A stretch of 64,000 bases of DNA, from NCBI RefSeq assembly GCF_018977255.1, contig NW_024704742.1:131814001-131878000 (forward strand). Reading direction: 5' to 3'. The position numbers were made by a program, and so were the translations under genes. The DNA is from Callorhinchus milii (Eukaryota). A model generated the notes under the pieces. It did no database searches, was not told where the DNA came from, and saw only the letters and a list, made by a program, of their open reading frames with translations. Of this stretch, positions 50,056-63,279 are shown in pieces. Numbering within the stretch: the first letter of the stretch is position 1; every line of letters begins with the position of its first letter.

Positions 50056-50877
50056 AGTAGAAAAGGCAAAGTGAGCAAAATTATGTGTTTCCATTTTGAA
50101 AGAAAGTAAGTAAGAAAAATTGACTTGTATTTTTGAAGCTCCTAATCACATCGTAATGTCTCAAAGCACTTTTGCAGACAATAGCTATCAAATTACATAC
50201 AATTACATAGACTCTATTTAATATTATTGGCAGCATTCTGAATAGTGTTAAGAAGCAATGTCACATGTACATGTCATTGGCTTGATGGACTTACAATACA
50301 ACACAATTTACATTTATATTGAGCCTTTCACATCGAGAGATTGCTTCACACCCAAAGCTTGGGGTGTTGGGGGGAGGGTGGGGAAGGAGGTAGAAGGAAT
50401 GAAAGACCTATAAGGCACAACATACTTCACATTTCATTTTCTTCTGGTGTCCTGGCCAGTAAAACTCCAGATTTAAAAACAAATGGTGAATCGCTACATG
50501 GCTCTTTATGGGACATTACTGCATGCAAATTCGCTGTAGCGTTGGCCTGCAAATACATAGAAAACTTCACTTTACAGTAAAATCCTGTGAAGCATTTTGA
50601 GACGTCTTGATGATGTGACAAGATGCTGTTCTCACAAATAGCCGAGAGATGAATGACCAATTAATCTGGAGAAACTCCCTTCTCTTTTCAAATGGTGTTG
50701 TGTGACCTTTCTAATTGTATCAGCAGGTTGGGCCCACAGTGTTTAATATGATGCTCTCAAACAATAGAATTTTGTTTTACTGGCTGCACTGCCTGTGTCT
50801 GCCTTGACAAAGTAACATACATGATCCATAAAACTGAGCATACCAGCAGGAGCTATCACCCTTCCTGCCCCATTTGT

Positions 50878-51243
50878 AATAATAATAATCCTTGCATTTA
50901 ATATAGTGCCTTATCACGTTATTGAGGCATCTCAAAGTGCTTCACAGAGTATACTGTAAAGTGAATTGACTGTATATGTTGGGAGCGAAATGCAGCAGCC
51001 AATTGCACACAGCAGTGTCTCATGAACAGTCGCGGATTGAGTAACAAAATTATTATTATTATTATCTTTCTTAATTTTTTGAAAAAGAAGTTAATTCCTC
51101 TGGCATCGATTAACATTAGAGTTCCTTCTTGCTGCTAGGTGAACAGAGGTTCGTAGAGGAATGAAACTTGCCTAAGGTTTTGCTCTACCTGGGAATCAAA
51201 CCCAGGTCCTCTCGCTTGCAAGATGAATTCTCTAACCACTAGG
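50878..51243 (-). mobile_element. Composite SINE, older long form
   Basis: Tail, Deu core, TGCTAGGTGAACAGAGG, head. Confidence 0.8.
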
Positions 51244-51994
51244 ATACTTGCATGGTGTCCTCAGTAAGGAATGATCCCGAACTAAAGACCAAGGATTACA
51301 CACAAATTACTGAGATCCTTGCATTGACTCCAACTCTGAGGCTGCATTGGTTTCAGTGGATCAAAAGGTGAGTCTCCACCAATTAACCTGAACCGGACTG
51401 AGCAAGAGGCTGTAAATGACAACATTTGAAGTCTAACAAAATGCTTTTAGTCTGCTCGTGAAATTTGTAACCTGAAGCGAGTCCAATCAGCCTACTTGCT
51501 TCCCGGGCAATGTTGAGCAAAGTTGACCATGGCGCTTCAGCCTCTCTGCCCCAACTCTTTGGAACTCAATCCCACAATTACTTCCCTCGCTCTCTCCTTT
51601 TCAACCATTCTTCAGTCCCCCTCCTACCCCATTCCACCTGCTTTCCATCCCTCCTGATCCCAAATTCCCAACTCGGGTCCAAATCCCTAAATGTCCAGCG
51701 ACTTGGGATGTCCTCCCTACGTGAAAGATACTAAATAAATGTAATTTGTTGTTGTTTTTTGCAGATTCGTGCATTCATGAGTTCCAAATGAGACTGTGTA
51801 CGACAGGTTATGAGTGATTGAAAGGAGAATTAGCATTCTACATCCATTCAGCTCCTCGGCTGTTGCCATGGATGCACCTCCACATCTCTCTGCAAACATC
51901 AGCCGGGGATACTGTAATGTCATTGGCACTGAAGATCAGTCCGCTGAACGACACTGTCAAGCACACGGTGAGAGAAAGCTTCCTGGACTCCAGT

Positions 51995-52706
51995 GTCCAG
52001 CCTAGGCATCCAGTTCGACCCCCAACTGTCCTTCCTCTCCCACATCTGGTCTGTGACCAGGAACGCTTTCTTCCACCTCCGCCACATTGACCGTACCTTA
52101 CCCCAAATGCAGTCAAAACCCTTGTGCATGCATTTGTCACCTCCTGCCTGGATTACACCAACGCTCTCCTCGCTGGTCTCCCCAGCTCCACCATTCACAA
52201 GTTCTAGCTCATTCAAAACTCTGCTGCCTGCATACTGACCTGGACCAAACTCCAAACCCACATCTCACCAGTTCTGGTCCAGGCTCCACTGGCTCCCCAT
52301 CACTGAACAGATCGGCTTCAAGATCCTCACACTCATGTTCAAATCCATTCACTCCCTGGCACTTCCCTACCTCTCCGACCTCCTCATTCCCTAATCCACC
52401 AACCGGTGCCTCCGCTTGACTCGCGCCAGCCTCCTGCTTGACCCTCATGCCTTTTGCCCCACCCTTGGAGATTGTGTTTTTAGCCAATACGCCCCAAACT
52501 CTGGAACATTCTCCCTCAATCCCTCAGCCTTGCCCCCCCTCTCCCCTCTTTCAAGTCCCGCCTGAAACCTTTCCTGCTCGACCTTGCTTATGACCACTTC
52601 CCCCCTTCTCCCAGCTCAGAGTCAGGCTCCGCCGCGGTTAAGCGCTCTGAGACGCTATTCTGCCTGGAAGGTGCTGTATAAGTGCAAGTTGTTGTTGTTG
52701 TTGTTG
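51995..52706 (+). mobile_element. L2 3' fragment (same subfamily as 28985-30020)
   Basis: LGIQFDPQLSFLSHIWSVTRNAFFHLRHI; 3' UTR similar to 29930-30020; (TTG)n tail. Confidence 0.9.
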
Positions 52707-54009
52707 CAGCCATTCACACACAGAGCAATACAGCTGCACATGGACAAACTCTGTAAATGCAGGTGTTCGATCTTGCGCAGGAAGTGATTTGTGTAGCATT
52801 TTGATTTATGTAGCACTCTCGCCTCTGAGTCAGAAGGTTGTGGGTTCAAGCCCCACATCAGGTCTTGGAACTGATATAGTTTAAGCTGACACTCCAATTC
52901 AGTGCTGGGGTAAATGCAGGACATTGATGAGATGGTAAAATGAGCTCCCCCCTACCTGTTAAAGTATACCATGACGCTATTTCAAAAGAGAAGAGATTTT
53001 CTATCGGTGTCCCGTTTAATGCCTTTGACAGTTGCAGTGCTCCCTGTACCGCACTGACAAGTTAGCCTGGAATAGTTTAGGGTTGATTTTAATACATTGC
53101 TGTGGCAAGGTAATTGTTATCAGTTTAGGGTCTGGTTTTGTTGCATTGACGAAAATTCTTATTTTCCTGTCTCAACACCACCCCCACCCGAAAGAGAACC
53201 ATTTGAAATATACATTAATAACGCACTCCGCTGTGCAGCCTGCGTAGAAAACAAAACGAAACAGCGTTTTTTTAAAATTAATAAAGCCATTTACAGAATA
53301 GTGAAAGCACAATAATTCAATCATTTTAACACGGGGGTGTAGAATACAATACTTATTAAATGCCAGGGCAGCTTAAGGCAGTGCTGTGATGAACAGAAAC
53401 CGTACTCAGCACTGTGCCATACAAATGTTTTCTGTTTTGCTGACGGGTAGCTAGCCTGACCCAACCATTTAATAAGCCAGATTTAATGAGTGCTTCGAAA
53501 GCCTTCCCGGGTCAGCGTATAGTACTAATGAAAAAAATGACTGCAGCTAGGGAGCTCTACTACATCTAGTAAATGCATTTTCTCATATCCCAAGCACTAT
53601 TGTACTGTTTACTTGGGTTTACATCACTGGCTGGGTGTTTTGGTCAGCAAAAGGCTGACTACGGGCAGACTGAGGCATTTTCAAGATGCTCCTCTTCCAC
53701 TAATTTAAACCCAGGAGGTTAGTCATCAATAGAGAATATAATAAACCTTGAAATCTCTAAAGTTGCAATTATGGGCGTGAGGTATAATAATGATGTGCAT
53801 CAAGGTCTCTATCACTTACTCCACTTGTTGATCATGTGTCAAATGGTATATTTCTCCCCAACGTCAAACCCCAGGCACTTTTCATCACAAGTCTACTCTT
53901 ATTGAAGATGGTTTGTCTCACTAGATCATAAGATTGGTTTGGATGAAGAAGGCCCTTCGGCCCGTTTGATTTCATCCTTCCAGAACACCCACCCTACCAT
54001 CCTCCCATC

Positions 54010-55175
54010 ATAAGAATTGGTGGACGAACGAAGACCAAGATCCATCCAGTTCACCTTCCACCACCCTGGCAGTCGCATGTGCATGTCATGTCCCAAACTA
54101 TATACTGTTGCCCCATTGTGGAGTCCTGTAGCTCAGTGGTTAGAGCACTCGCTTTGCAAGTGAGAGACCTGAGTTCAATTCCAGGCAGGGCGAAACCTTG
54201 GGCAAGTTCCTTACTCCACACGTCTAATAATAATCCCTCCAAAACCAAAAACAATAATAAAATTGGTCATTTTCAATCTACGACTGTTTGTGGGACATTG
54301 CTGTGCGCAATTGGCTGCCGCGTTCGCCCACAAATATACAGTCAATTCACTTTACAGTGTGTTCTGTGAAGCTCTTTGGGACGTCCTCCCGACTTGAAAA
54401 GCGCTATATCAAATGCAAGGATTATTATTGTTATTATTATAGCACCAACCTTTCCTGGCACTCTGTTCCAGTAATTAATTACCCTCTGGGTGAAGAAAAA
54501 CTTCCTGGTATCTGTTCTGACGTTGCCCTTTGGAACTCTAAACCTATGTACTCTTGTTCCACTGTCTTGATGCATCCTAAAATATTATTTGGGGTTTACT
54601 TTTTCATTCCCGTTTAAAATATTATATACCTCTATGAGATCTCCTTTAAGCTGCCTTCTCTCAACATTGAAGAGCGTAGTTTGGCTAACCGTTATTCATT
54701 GCTCATTCCTCTAACACTTGGGATCGTCCTCATTGCTCTCCTCTGCCCTATCTCTATAATAATATGAATCCAGCATTTTTATATGGCCCCTTATGACACG
54801 TTGAGACGTCTCAAATCACTTCACAGAATATATGTGAAGTGAATTGATTGTATATCTTGTGGGCAAAACTCGGCAGCCAATTGGCACAACAATGTCCCAC
54901 AAATGTCCCACAAAAATTTGTGGATTGAGTGACTGAGTTATTTTTTTTGGAAGGATTATTAACCCCGGAAAGCGATCCGCCAATCATCTAAGGTTTGTCC
55001 AACTCCGTTGTGTTGACCAGAACATTTTGCACGACTCAAACTGTGGTCTGAACAGAATACTGTACAGCCTGAATATGATGTCTGGGACTCTAGACGCAAC
55101 CGATTTAGCAATAAAGGCCAGCATCCTTTTCGACTTGTTTATTACTGCTTCACACTGTTTTGACATCATCAGCGA
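54010..55175 (-). mobile_element. CR1-type 3' fragment split by two SINE insertions
   Basis: TRVHRFRV...RKFFFTQRVINYWN (54440-54600) and LYSILFRPQFESC (55000-55170); 3' UTR GCGACTGCCAGGGTGG...CTGGATGGA also seen at ~19050-19135 and ~48820-48897. Confidence 0.8.
54119..54440 (+). mobile_element. Young composite SINE (short form), full length
   Basis: Complete head, Deu core and tail. Confidence 0.95.
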
Positions 55176-55684
55176 TGTCCCCTTTCAATTATCTGAAACC
55201 CTCCTTCTAATGGTGTCAGTCTGGCTCAGTCGGCAACACTTTTGTATCTGGGTCAAACGGCTGATGGGATCAAACCCCCTCAATGAGACTTGAGCTCTCA
55301 GCATCAATCTGACACTTCAGTTTAGTACAAAACCAAAGCCTTTTCTGTTGTGACGATGATCATCATATTTATCACATTACACACAAGCATTTTTCGCTCC
55401 CTCTCAACTCACTCGCTTGATGTGGATTATTAACTCTCAACATTTCATTGCTCTTTGAGGTGTTTATTTCATTTTTATTTTTATTCCAATTTTAATTGAA
55501 GGTTTCGTCCTACCTGGGAATTGAAGTCGGGTCCTCTCGCTTGTGAGGGGAGTGCTCTAACCAATAGGTTATGGGACTCCATATATACTATTATCAATGA
55601 TGGACAAAGAGGTAAGCAGCTTTAGTTACAAATAGCTTCTGTCCATAAATTTTGAGCCAATTTCACCCCAGCTGCATTAAGGAT

Positions 55685-56107
55685 TCACCTACAAGGCCAT
55701 TCACGGCCTTGCCCCCTCCTACCTCTCTGACCTACTATTCCCCTACTTACCTGCCCATACCCTCCGTTCCTCTGGCTCTGGTCTGCTCCACAACCCCCGC
55801 CCCAACCGCCCTACCATCGGTGGCCGGGCCTTCAGCCTCTCAGCCCCGAGGCTCTGGAACTCTATCCCCCAGTGCCTTCGCCACCTTCTCCCTTTCCTCC
55901 TTCAAGGCCGGTCTCAAGATCTTTCTCTTTGACCGTGCCTTCAGCTCCCCTCTCGACTCTCTACCCCCTCCTCGCTCCCTCCATTCCCTCCCATAACCCT
56001 GACCATTTCCCCCCTGCTCGGGTCCTGACCCAACTGCCGAGCGCCTTGGGACGATCTCCCGACGTGAAAGGCGCTCTATAAATGGAATCTTGTTGTTGTT
56101 GTTGTTG
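55685..56107 (+). mobile_element. Young L2 3' end (same subfamily as 33189-33905)
   Basis: Near-identical 3' UTR AGCTCCCCTCTCGACTCT...CCCCTGCTCGGGTCCTGACCCAACTG; (TTG)n tail. Confidence 0.93.
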
Positions 56108-56639
56108 TAGTCAAAATAATCCACTCTCTAACCTGACTCCATCAAGGACTGCTTTTTTCTTGACTGTCTTCATGACTCTTGCGTGCCTGGTATTTCCCCC
56201 ACTCATGAGAACACATGCATTTATCATAGATCAAAAGGGGTTTGCTTTTGCATTATTGATGCCTCTGCAACCAATGGAACATGGGAGCTATGTTCAAATG
56301 CCTCCGACCTCATGAATAAAAATTAATATTTACAAACCTCATGAATAAGCATTAACATGTAGAAAGCTTTGTGGGATGAGAACATTTTGCTTATTCTCAT
56401 GTTAGTCTTTTTTACAAGGACATTCAGCATTTTAATGTTAGGCAATAACATCAAAGCACTTTGGTACCGTTGTGGATCCACAATGTTTTAAGCAATCCAA
56501 CATTCTTAGAGTGTTTGTACTTCTCCCGCCATCTATTTGTAATTTAGTTGCCTGCAGTAGACCGGTTCCTGAGCCAGGCGGGTGCACAGCGCACTGCTGA
56601 TGACAGCACAGCCGGCCTGGATCATCGGCAGGATCTGGA

Positions 56640-57035
56640 AGGGCAGACCATTCATTGGGGGCATAGAGTCATCCCACTCAGCTCCTGTTAACCCGAAGAA
56701 GCCAAAGCCTTAACAGGTAGGGTGGTCCGATCTGGACAAGCAGCAGGAAAGTTTGCCAGACAGTGATATCAATGGCAATCTATGTGGTTTTAGCAGGTTA
56801 GATTCCAGCAGTTACTCCAACACACACTCTGGGGTTCCCCAAACCTTGGCTTTTGCCAACCTGTGCCTAACACTTTCCAGAATTAGGTAAGGAGCATGTG
56901 TTCCTCCAGGGAATGTGCGTTCCATTCCAACAATGTATCTGTGGGATTTGATGTGTAGGTGGGATGCATGGAATTCTCAGTTTGGTTTGGATACTCTTAA
57001 GCATTTCTGCATGTGTCAGACACCTGGCTGAAATC
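56640..57035 (+). repeat. Unclassified interspersed repeat, longest copy
   Basis: Contains the segments shared with the 2.5, 19.8, 25.5, 27.6 and 32.0 kb copies, plus CCCACTCAGCTCCTGTTAACCC also seen at ~39970. The 5' boundary is uncertain. Confidence 0.7.
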
Positions 57036-57409
57036 CCCCCCAAAACTCCTTACCTTTTACTATGCTTGACAAGGTATGCAACAGATTCCGGCTTTCAATT
57101 TCTTTTTTGCAGAATAGTTGACCTATTCAATTTCAATAGAATTTTCGGTCTGCTCTTTGCAGCATAGAAAGTATTTACTGGCAGAGAGGTTTGGCAAGGA
57201 GCCTACTTCCTGGCCTCCAGCACGTGACACTCTGCATTCGATTTCAAAAGATGGAAGAGAATAGTTCAGGTCATTTTGCATCTGTATTGTGTCCTCTCTC
57301 TAAGCGGAAGCTGCTTACCTTCCGTTGAACACATCTATTATTAACCCAAGCAACATCCAGGAACTGAAATAATGATAAAATAATAATAATACTCATTCTT
57401 GCATTAAAG

Positions 57410-57825
57410 TGTCAGTCTGGCCCAGTGGAAGCATTCCCTGAGTCAGAAAGTTTTGGGTTCAAGTTCCACATTGGGACTTGGAATCACATTGTCTAAGATG
57501 ACACTCTAATGCTGGGGTTTGTTGCATTGTCAGAGACAACATCCTTTGGATGAGACGTTGAACTGAGGATTTATCTGCCTATTCAGGTGGACATTAAAGA
57601 TCCCATAGCACTATTTGAAAAGAAAAGGGAGTTTCTTCAGGTATCCTGGCCAAAAATTTTCCAAATAAAATTGGTCACTTACTCCTTGTTTGTTTGTGGG
57701 ACATTGCTGTGTGCAAACTGGCTGCTGTGTTTTACCACAAAACACAGTCAACCACTTTACAGTATATCCTGTGAAGCGCCTTGAGACATCTCAATGATGT
57801 GATAAGGATGAAGGATTATTATTAT
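57410..57825 (+). mobile_element. Old Deu SINE, full length
   Basis: TGTCAGTCTGGCCCAGTGG head, GGGTTCAAGTTCC B box, body, Deu core, tail. Confidence 0.88.
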
Positions 57826-58194
57826 TGCATTTGGTACAACACCTTTCATATTGATAAGCACTACACGGGAATCATTGTCAAGTGTAGTGACAGTGCATTT
57901 TGTAAACAGCTGAACGCAGTAGGCCATTTCTGCACAGCAATGTTCCACACACAGCCCCACATTGAGTGATTGATTGTATTTGGAGGAATGTTGGCCAGGA
58001 CACCTGGAGAAACTCTCATCTTATTTTATTTTTGAATAGGTTTCAGTTGATCGCTTCTGAATCAGAAGGTTGAGGTTTCACATCCCATGTCGATACCTTG
58101 AACACTCCAGTGCAGAACTGGGGGTATTCTGCATTGTTGGAGGTGCCGTCCTTCGGATGAGACATTGATACTGAGTCCCATCTGACTCCTCAGA

Positions 58195-58477
58195 AAGTGA
58201 ATTTTATATATTTTGTGGGCAAAATGCGGCAGCCAATTCATACAGCAGTATCCTACATGGATTGAGTGACCAAATCATTATTATTATTTTTTTAAGGGAG
58301 TAATACTCCCAGAAAGCAATCCACCAATCGACTAACAACTGGGTCCCAATTTGTTGCTTTGCAAACAGAGGCATGAGCAGTTAGGAAAATTGCTTAGATT
58401 TCACACTGCCCCGGAATTGAACCTGGGTCCTCTCAGTTGTGAGACGAGTGCTCAACACAGTAGGCTAGAAGACTCCA
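58195..58477 (-). mobile_element. Composite SINE, older long form, tail missing
   Basis: CAATCGACTAACAACTGGG...AAACAGAGGCATG...GGAATTGAACCTGGG...GACTCCA. Confidence 0.75.
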
Positions 58478-60454
58478 CAAAGGATGGGGTGGGAGAGGAA
58501 AGATGACCAAAAACGTAGTTTTACTGCGGGCTTTAAACATGGGGAAAGAAGGCATGAGTCAGAGAAACTTTGGGATGGAGTTCCAGAGAGTGGGTTTGTA
58601 ACAATTAATTAATAATGATTTTTTTAAAAAAATAACAAGAAGAAGGAAGCCTTTAAAACGTCCCCAGTAAACGATGAAACAAAATGACATCTCAAACAGT
58701 TTCATCTAAAAGCAAGGAGAGTGTCTAAAAGTAGTTTAGCTAAGCTCGTTTAGAGATCTCACTGGGTATAAAGAATTTCAGCTTGATAGATGATCTCTTC
58801 AATGGTTCAGATCGAGAGTAAATTGGGTGGTCAGTGCTAGGAATCGCTTTGAGGAAAAATTCCTCCTGTGGGCTGTCACTTCTTGAACGGCCCATTTATA
58901 CAGTGATTTTCTATAGTTTAAAAAGCAGATACCTTCTGGCATGTGTAAGGAGTAAATACAATGAATCCAATGGCTAACATTTGTCTCGCAAGTCAGCTTC
59001 TTTTTTCTTCCTCTCTCTATTCTGGCAGACAGATTGGAAAGTGCGCAAGGTCATAACCGATAAGACAGCCACATCGGATTTGCTTGTGTGAATTAATAGA
59101 AAGGAAAGTCTTCTCGTTATTTGGCTAAATATCATTCCTGTTACAATGTCAGATTTTTCAGTACTGTCGCTGCTCATAACCATAGCAGACAACTTGGTTC
59201 TTCAAGTCTGACTGCTCCACAATTTCAATAGGCCATACCAACTCTTTATATTTTCCTGCCCTATCATTATTTCCAAAGTATTTGTCTATCTCCTTTTTTT
59301 CCAACATATGAATCAATGATGCATTCATCAGCTCCCAGAGCAGTGCATTTCATATTCTACAATCTTTCCTGTGTTTTCAGAACTATTTTCTGGTTATACC
59401 TCTTACCTGGTTTCGCTGCTAATCATCAGAGAATTATACAATTTCGTCAGCAAATTATGTTGTTTTGTTCAGTGCTGTGAGACTCCTTCATGGGAAGGGC
59501 GATATAAAAGTGCAAGTTGTTGTTGTTATTGTTGGACATTGACATTGGAGACTGACCCAGTCACACCAAACAATGTCATTAGAGTTTTAACATTGACTGA
59601 AAACCCACATGTAAAATGAAAGTCAATTAGCTCTGGCTGGAAGGGCAAGATGAAAGTAAGAAACAGACTTTAAAGGTAAAGCTTAAACAACTGCTAAGGA
59701 CGTATCGACTCATGAGACCTTGGCCCAGAGGTGATCTCAGATTGGAGTCTAGGTCAAGATGATGTCAATGCGTTTCCCAAGTCTAGGTCCCAAGGCACCT
59801 TTTCAATCCAGCAGGCACCAATCACACTACTTCTTTCTTGGGGAGTGTCTTTGGGGAGTGTCTTTTCAATCCCAATAACAAAGCTAAGAGATATCAAGCT
59901 CCATACATTGAATCATCTCCCTGGTTTCTATGTTCCTATCCTGATAGGTTAACTTAAGAGATCCAGGATGCTACCCCGCATGAAGGGTACTATATAAATA
60001 CAAGTTGTGTTGTTGCTGCTGTTGTTATTTGCGCAGCTTTTTTTCTCCATTGCAGGATTCTCAGGAACCTTCATGCATTTCAATGGCCTACAAAACACAG
60101 TCACTACATTTTACAGTATATCCAAGAGGCATTTTGAGACCTCCTCCTGACATAAAAGGCGCAATATAAAATGCAAGAATAGTTACAATGGACAGTTTAT
60201 GCAGTGAAGTAGCTCAATCCTGTTGGAAAGACTGTGTGTGCACGTGTGCATGGACAGGACTGGGCTCAGCTACGATTCTGCTGATACTCATTGTGAAGAC
60301 TTACACATGAATATTGCCATTTTGACAATTTGCAGAGTTGCTGTACAGAAGGAACAAAGCATTTACATGCCTTCAGGAGAAGATCAGAAGGGGGGGGGGG
60401 GGGGCGAATCTGCTTAGTTGACAACATATTTGCTTCTGGGAAAGAAGGTTGTGC

Positions 60455-60925
60455 CTTCAGTCACCCTCCTACCCCTACCCTTCCTGCTCTCCACCCCTTC
60501 TGATCCCAACCACCACCTCGGGTCGGATCTCTGACTGTCCAGTGCCTTCGGGCGTCCTCCTGACGTGAAAGGCACAATACAAATGTAATTCGTTGTTGTT
60601 GTTGTGGATTCAAGTCCCACATCAGGACTTTGAGCTCATAATCTAAAATGACAATCCAGTGCAGTCAAAGATGGTGTCATTCAGATGAGATGTTATACTG
60701 AGGTACCTGTTCAGGTGGACATTAAAGATCTTATTGCACTATTTGAAAAATGGAATAAATTTCTCCTGCTGCTCTGTCGAACAATCCTCCAGCTAAAACT
60801 GATCATTCACCTCCTGGCTTTTTGTGCACAAATTGGCTGCCATGTTCATCCATAAATACACATTGACTATACTTTATAGAAAATTCTGTGAGGCATTATT
60901 GGTATTGTATGAAATGCAGGAGTCA
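60455..60925 (+). mobile_element. L2 tail followed by an old Deu SINE
   Basis: GGGCGTCCTCCTGACGTGAAAGGC + (TTG)n, then TTCAAGTCCCAC...CTGTTCAGGTGGACATTAAAGATC. Confidence 0.8.
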
Positions 60926-61517
60926 TTACACTGGAAAGGAAAATTGCCAAAAAATATACTCTTTATTTTGAAGAAAAAAGATACTGTTGGTATAATGCCA
61001 ACTTTGTTGCTCCTTTTTCTGACTGATGACATTTTCCGTGTTCCATTGCAAAATGCCTGTGTTCTTGAGATTGTAAATGATCAGTGTTGAGAAATTGCTT
61101 TGTGATGCAGAGAGAAAACTGATATTTTGACTTCCAAAGCTGTTTAATTTTGCAGCTCAAAACATTTCGCTCAGCAAATTGGGTAGTCTATGGTCTGCCT
61201 GGTTTAAATTACATGTATTAAATTGCAAGCCATCAGACCTGCTTGCATTGTTGACTCTCTCCTCTGATTCATTCTTGCCCCTTTATTTTCTTTGTGTATA
61301 TAAATAATTTCCCCTCAGGCATGGCTAATGCATGTGTTTTATTTTCAACTGGTGCCTCGGTTGTTTATGTAGCTAATATTGGTTTGAACCAGCTGGAAAT
61401 GAAATTGATTTGCCAATTCTAATGTCACTGGATGATTGAATTCTATTCAAGAAATTTCACACAAGGTCTCTATTGGGTTCAAACGCTGAAAGGTATCATA
61501 TAAGCACACAGAAGTGT

Positions 61518-61660
61518 GGGCTCCCTCTTATGGCTCAATTGATGCAGGGACAGACAGTCCTGTGTGGACATGAGCCCAGCATATCATTAAAGGTCTCAGG
61601 TATAATCCAGGGTCCATGCTAAATTATGTTCGCAACCTGTAGTGGAGTTCTATAGCATAT
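61518..61660 (+). mobile_element. AmnSINE2-like head, degenerate
   Basis: GGGCTCCCTCTTATGGCTCAATTG...CAGGTATAATCCAGGGTCCATGCTAAATTA; a related body fragment lies at ~60220-60325. Confidence 0.4.
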
Positions 61661-62379
61661 TATTTAGAGCGCTCGCCACACAAGCAAAAGAACCAGGGTT
61701 GGATTCCTGGGTGGGGCGAAACCTTCGGCAACTTTTCAGTAATGGGTCAGCCAGACCAATAACTGCCATTACATATATATATATATGAATGGATGTTATT
61801 TTTCTTAACATGTTTGAGCTTTGTAAGATAGCTACTTTTTGCAGGAGGTTGATATTTCCTTCATCTTTTTGTCAAGCCATTTCTGAATAGTTTTATGAAG
61901 ATTCCCAGTTGCACTGGTGATTATAGGAATTATGTTTGTTTTACACTGCCAGATAGGTTCGCATTCAATTTGGAGTTATTTAATTTTTGAATAACTATTA
62001 TTATTATTAAAGCACTCCAAGATGCTACCCTGTGGGAAGGGCACTATATAAACGCAAGTTGTTGTTATTATTATTATTCACTGGCTTAGAGAGAACATTC
62101 CCTTGTGAGACAAGCCAGAGGCTGGATAGCACCCTTGAATCTCACAACAGCATTAATGAATACCTTCAAGAGAGGAAGGAATCTACTGGAAAAGCCCAAA
62201 CATGTTAAAATGAGTGGGTGGTCACTTCACTTGGTATGACAATGAACTGATATAATTTCTTCACACAGAGGATTTTTTTTATTTGTCAGCTGGTGTTTGA
62301 CACACGCGGGAACCCATCATCATGCTTAATAGTTGTGAAGATGTGGAAACCTCTGTTCCAGAAAGGTGTAGAGGCTGAA

Positions 62380-62690
62380 TCAATAATAATAATAATAATA
62401 ATAATAATACTCCTTGCATTTGATGTAACGCCTTATTGTTTCTTTGAGATGTCTCAAAGCGCTTCACACAATACACGGTAAAGTGAATTGATTATATTTT
62501 GGAGCAAAAATAATAATAATAATCCTTGCATTTAATATAGCGCCTCTTCACGTCGTTGAGACGTCTCAAAGTGCTTCACAGAATATATTGTAAAGTGAAT
62601 TGACTGTATATTTTATGGGCGAAACGCGGCATCCAATAATGCCCAGTAGTGTTCCACAAACAGTTATGCATTGAGCAACCAAATTTAAGG
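62380..62690 (-). mobile_element. Two tandem SINE tails (long-form type)
   Basis: (AAT)n-TCCTTGCATTT...GAGACGTCTCAAAG...GTAAAGTGAATTGA occurs twice. Confidence 0.8.
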
Positions 62691-63279
62691 ATATTTAAAA
62701 GGGGGATAGCCAGTTAGTTGGATGGAGAAAATATTAAAGAGTGTGTGTGTGGGGGTATTGGGAGGGAGGGGGGAGCAGTGCATTGGGCTTAAAAGATCTA
62801 CCAAAATTTAATGGAACAGGCTCAACGGGCTGAATTACCTCCTCCTGTTCCTGTTTTTCTTTATTCATAGGTTGAAGGAACCTATTATATAGTCTTAGAT
62901 GAGAAAGGATATTTATATTATAATTCTTATAGTGCTTTCATAGATTCTCATTTAGGTTATCGTTCCACAGTTGTGCATTGGCTGCACATTTAACTCTCAG
63001 CTCCATTGAAGAGGTCCGAAGTGGAGCCTAGAGGATTATTTAAGATGCTAGGATGAAATGTCTGTCCTTATTTAACAATCATGGTTGTTTTATTCTAGAT
63101 CTTCAGTGAGATTTATAACCATACAATCATGTTTCAGATATTTCATTGCATGTTTAATGTATAAGTTCACAAACGGCATTGCTTTTCTGTGCAATACATA
63201 TTTTGCTCCTCATCTGTTTTACTCTGTACTTGGAGAATACTAGAATTAATAGCAGGACATTTACGGAAAAAGTCAAAAG

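Noticed and set aside
58974..59192. 72-aa minus-strand ORF as an exon
   Set aside because: TTG start and no recognisable homology. The splice signals here favour the plus strand.
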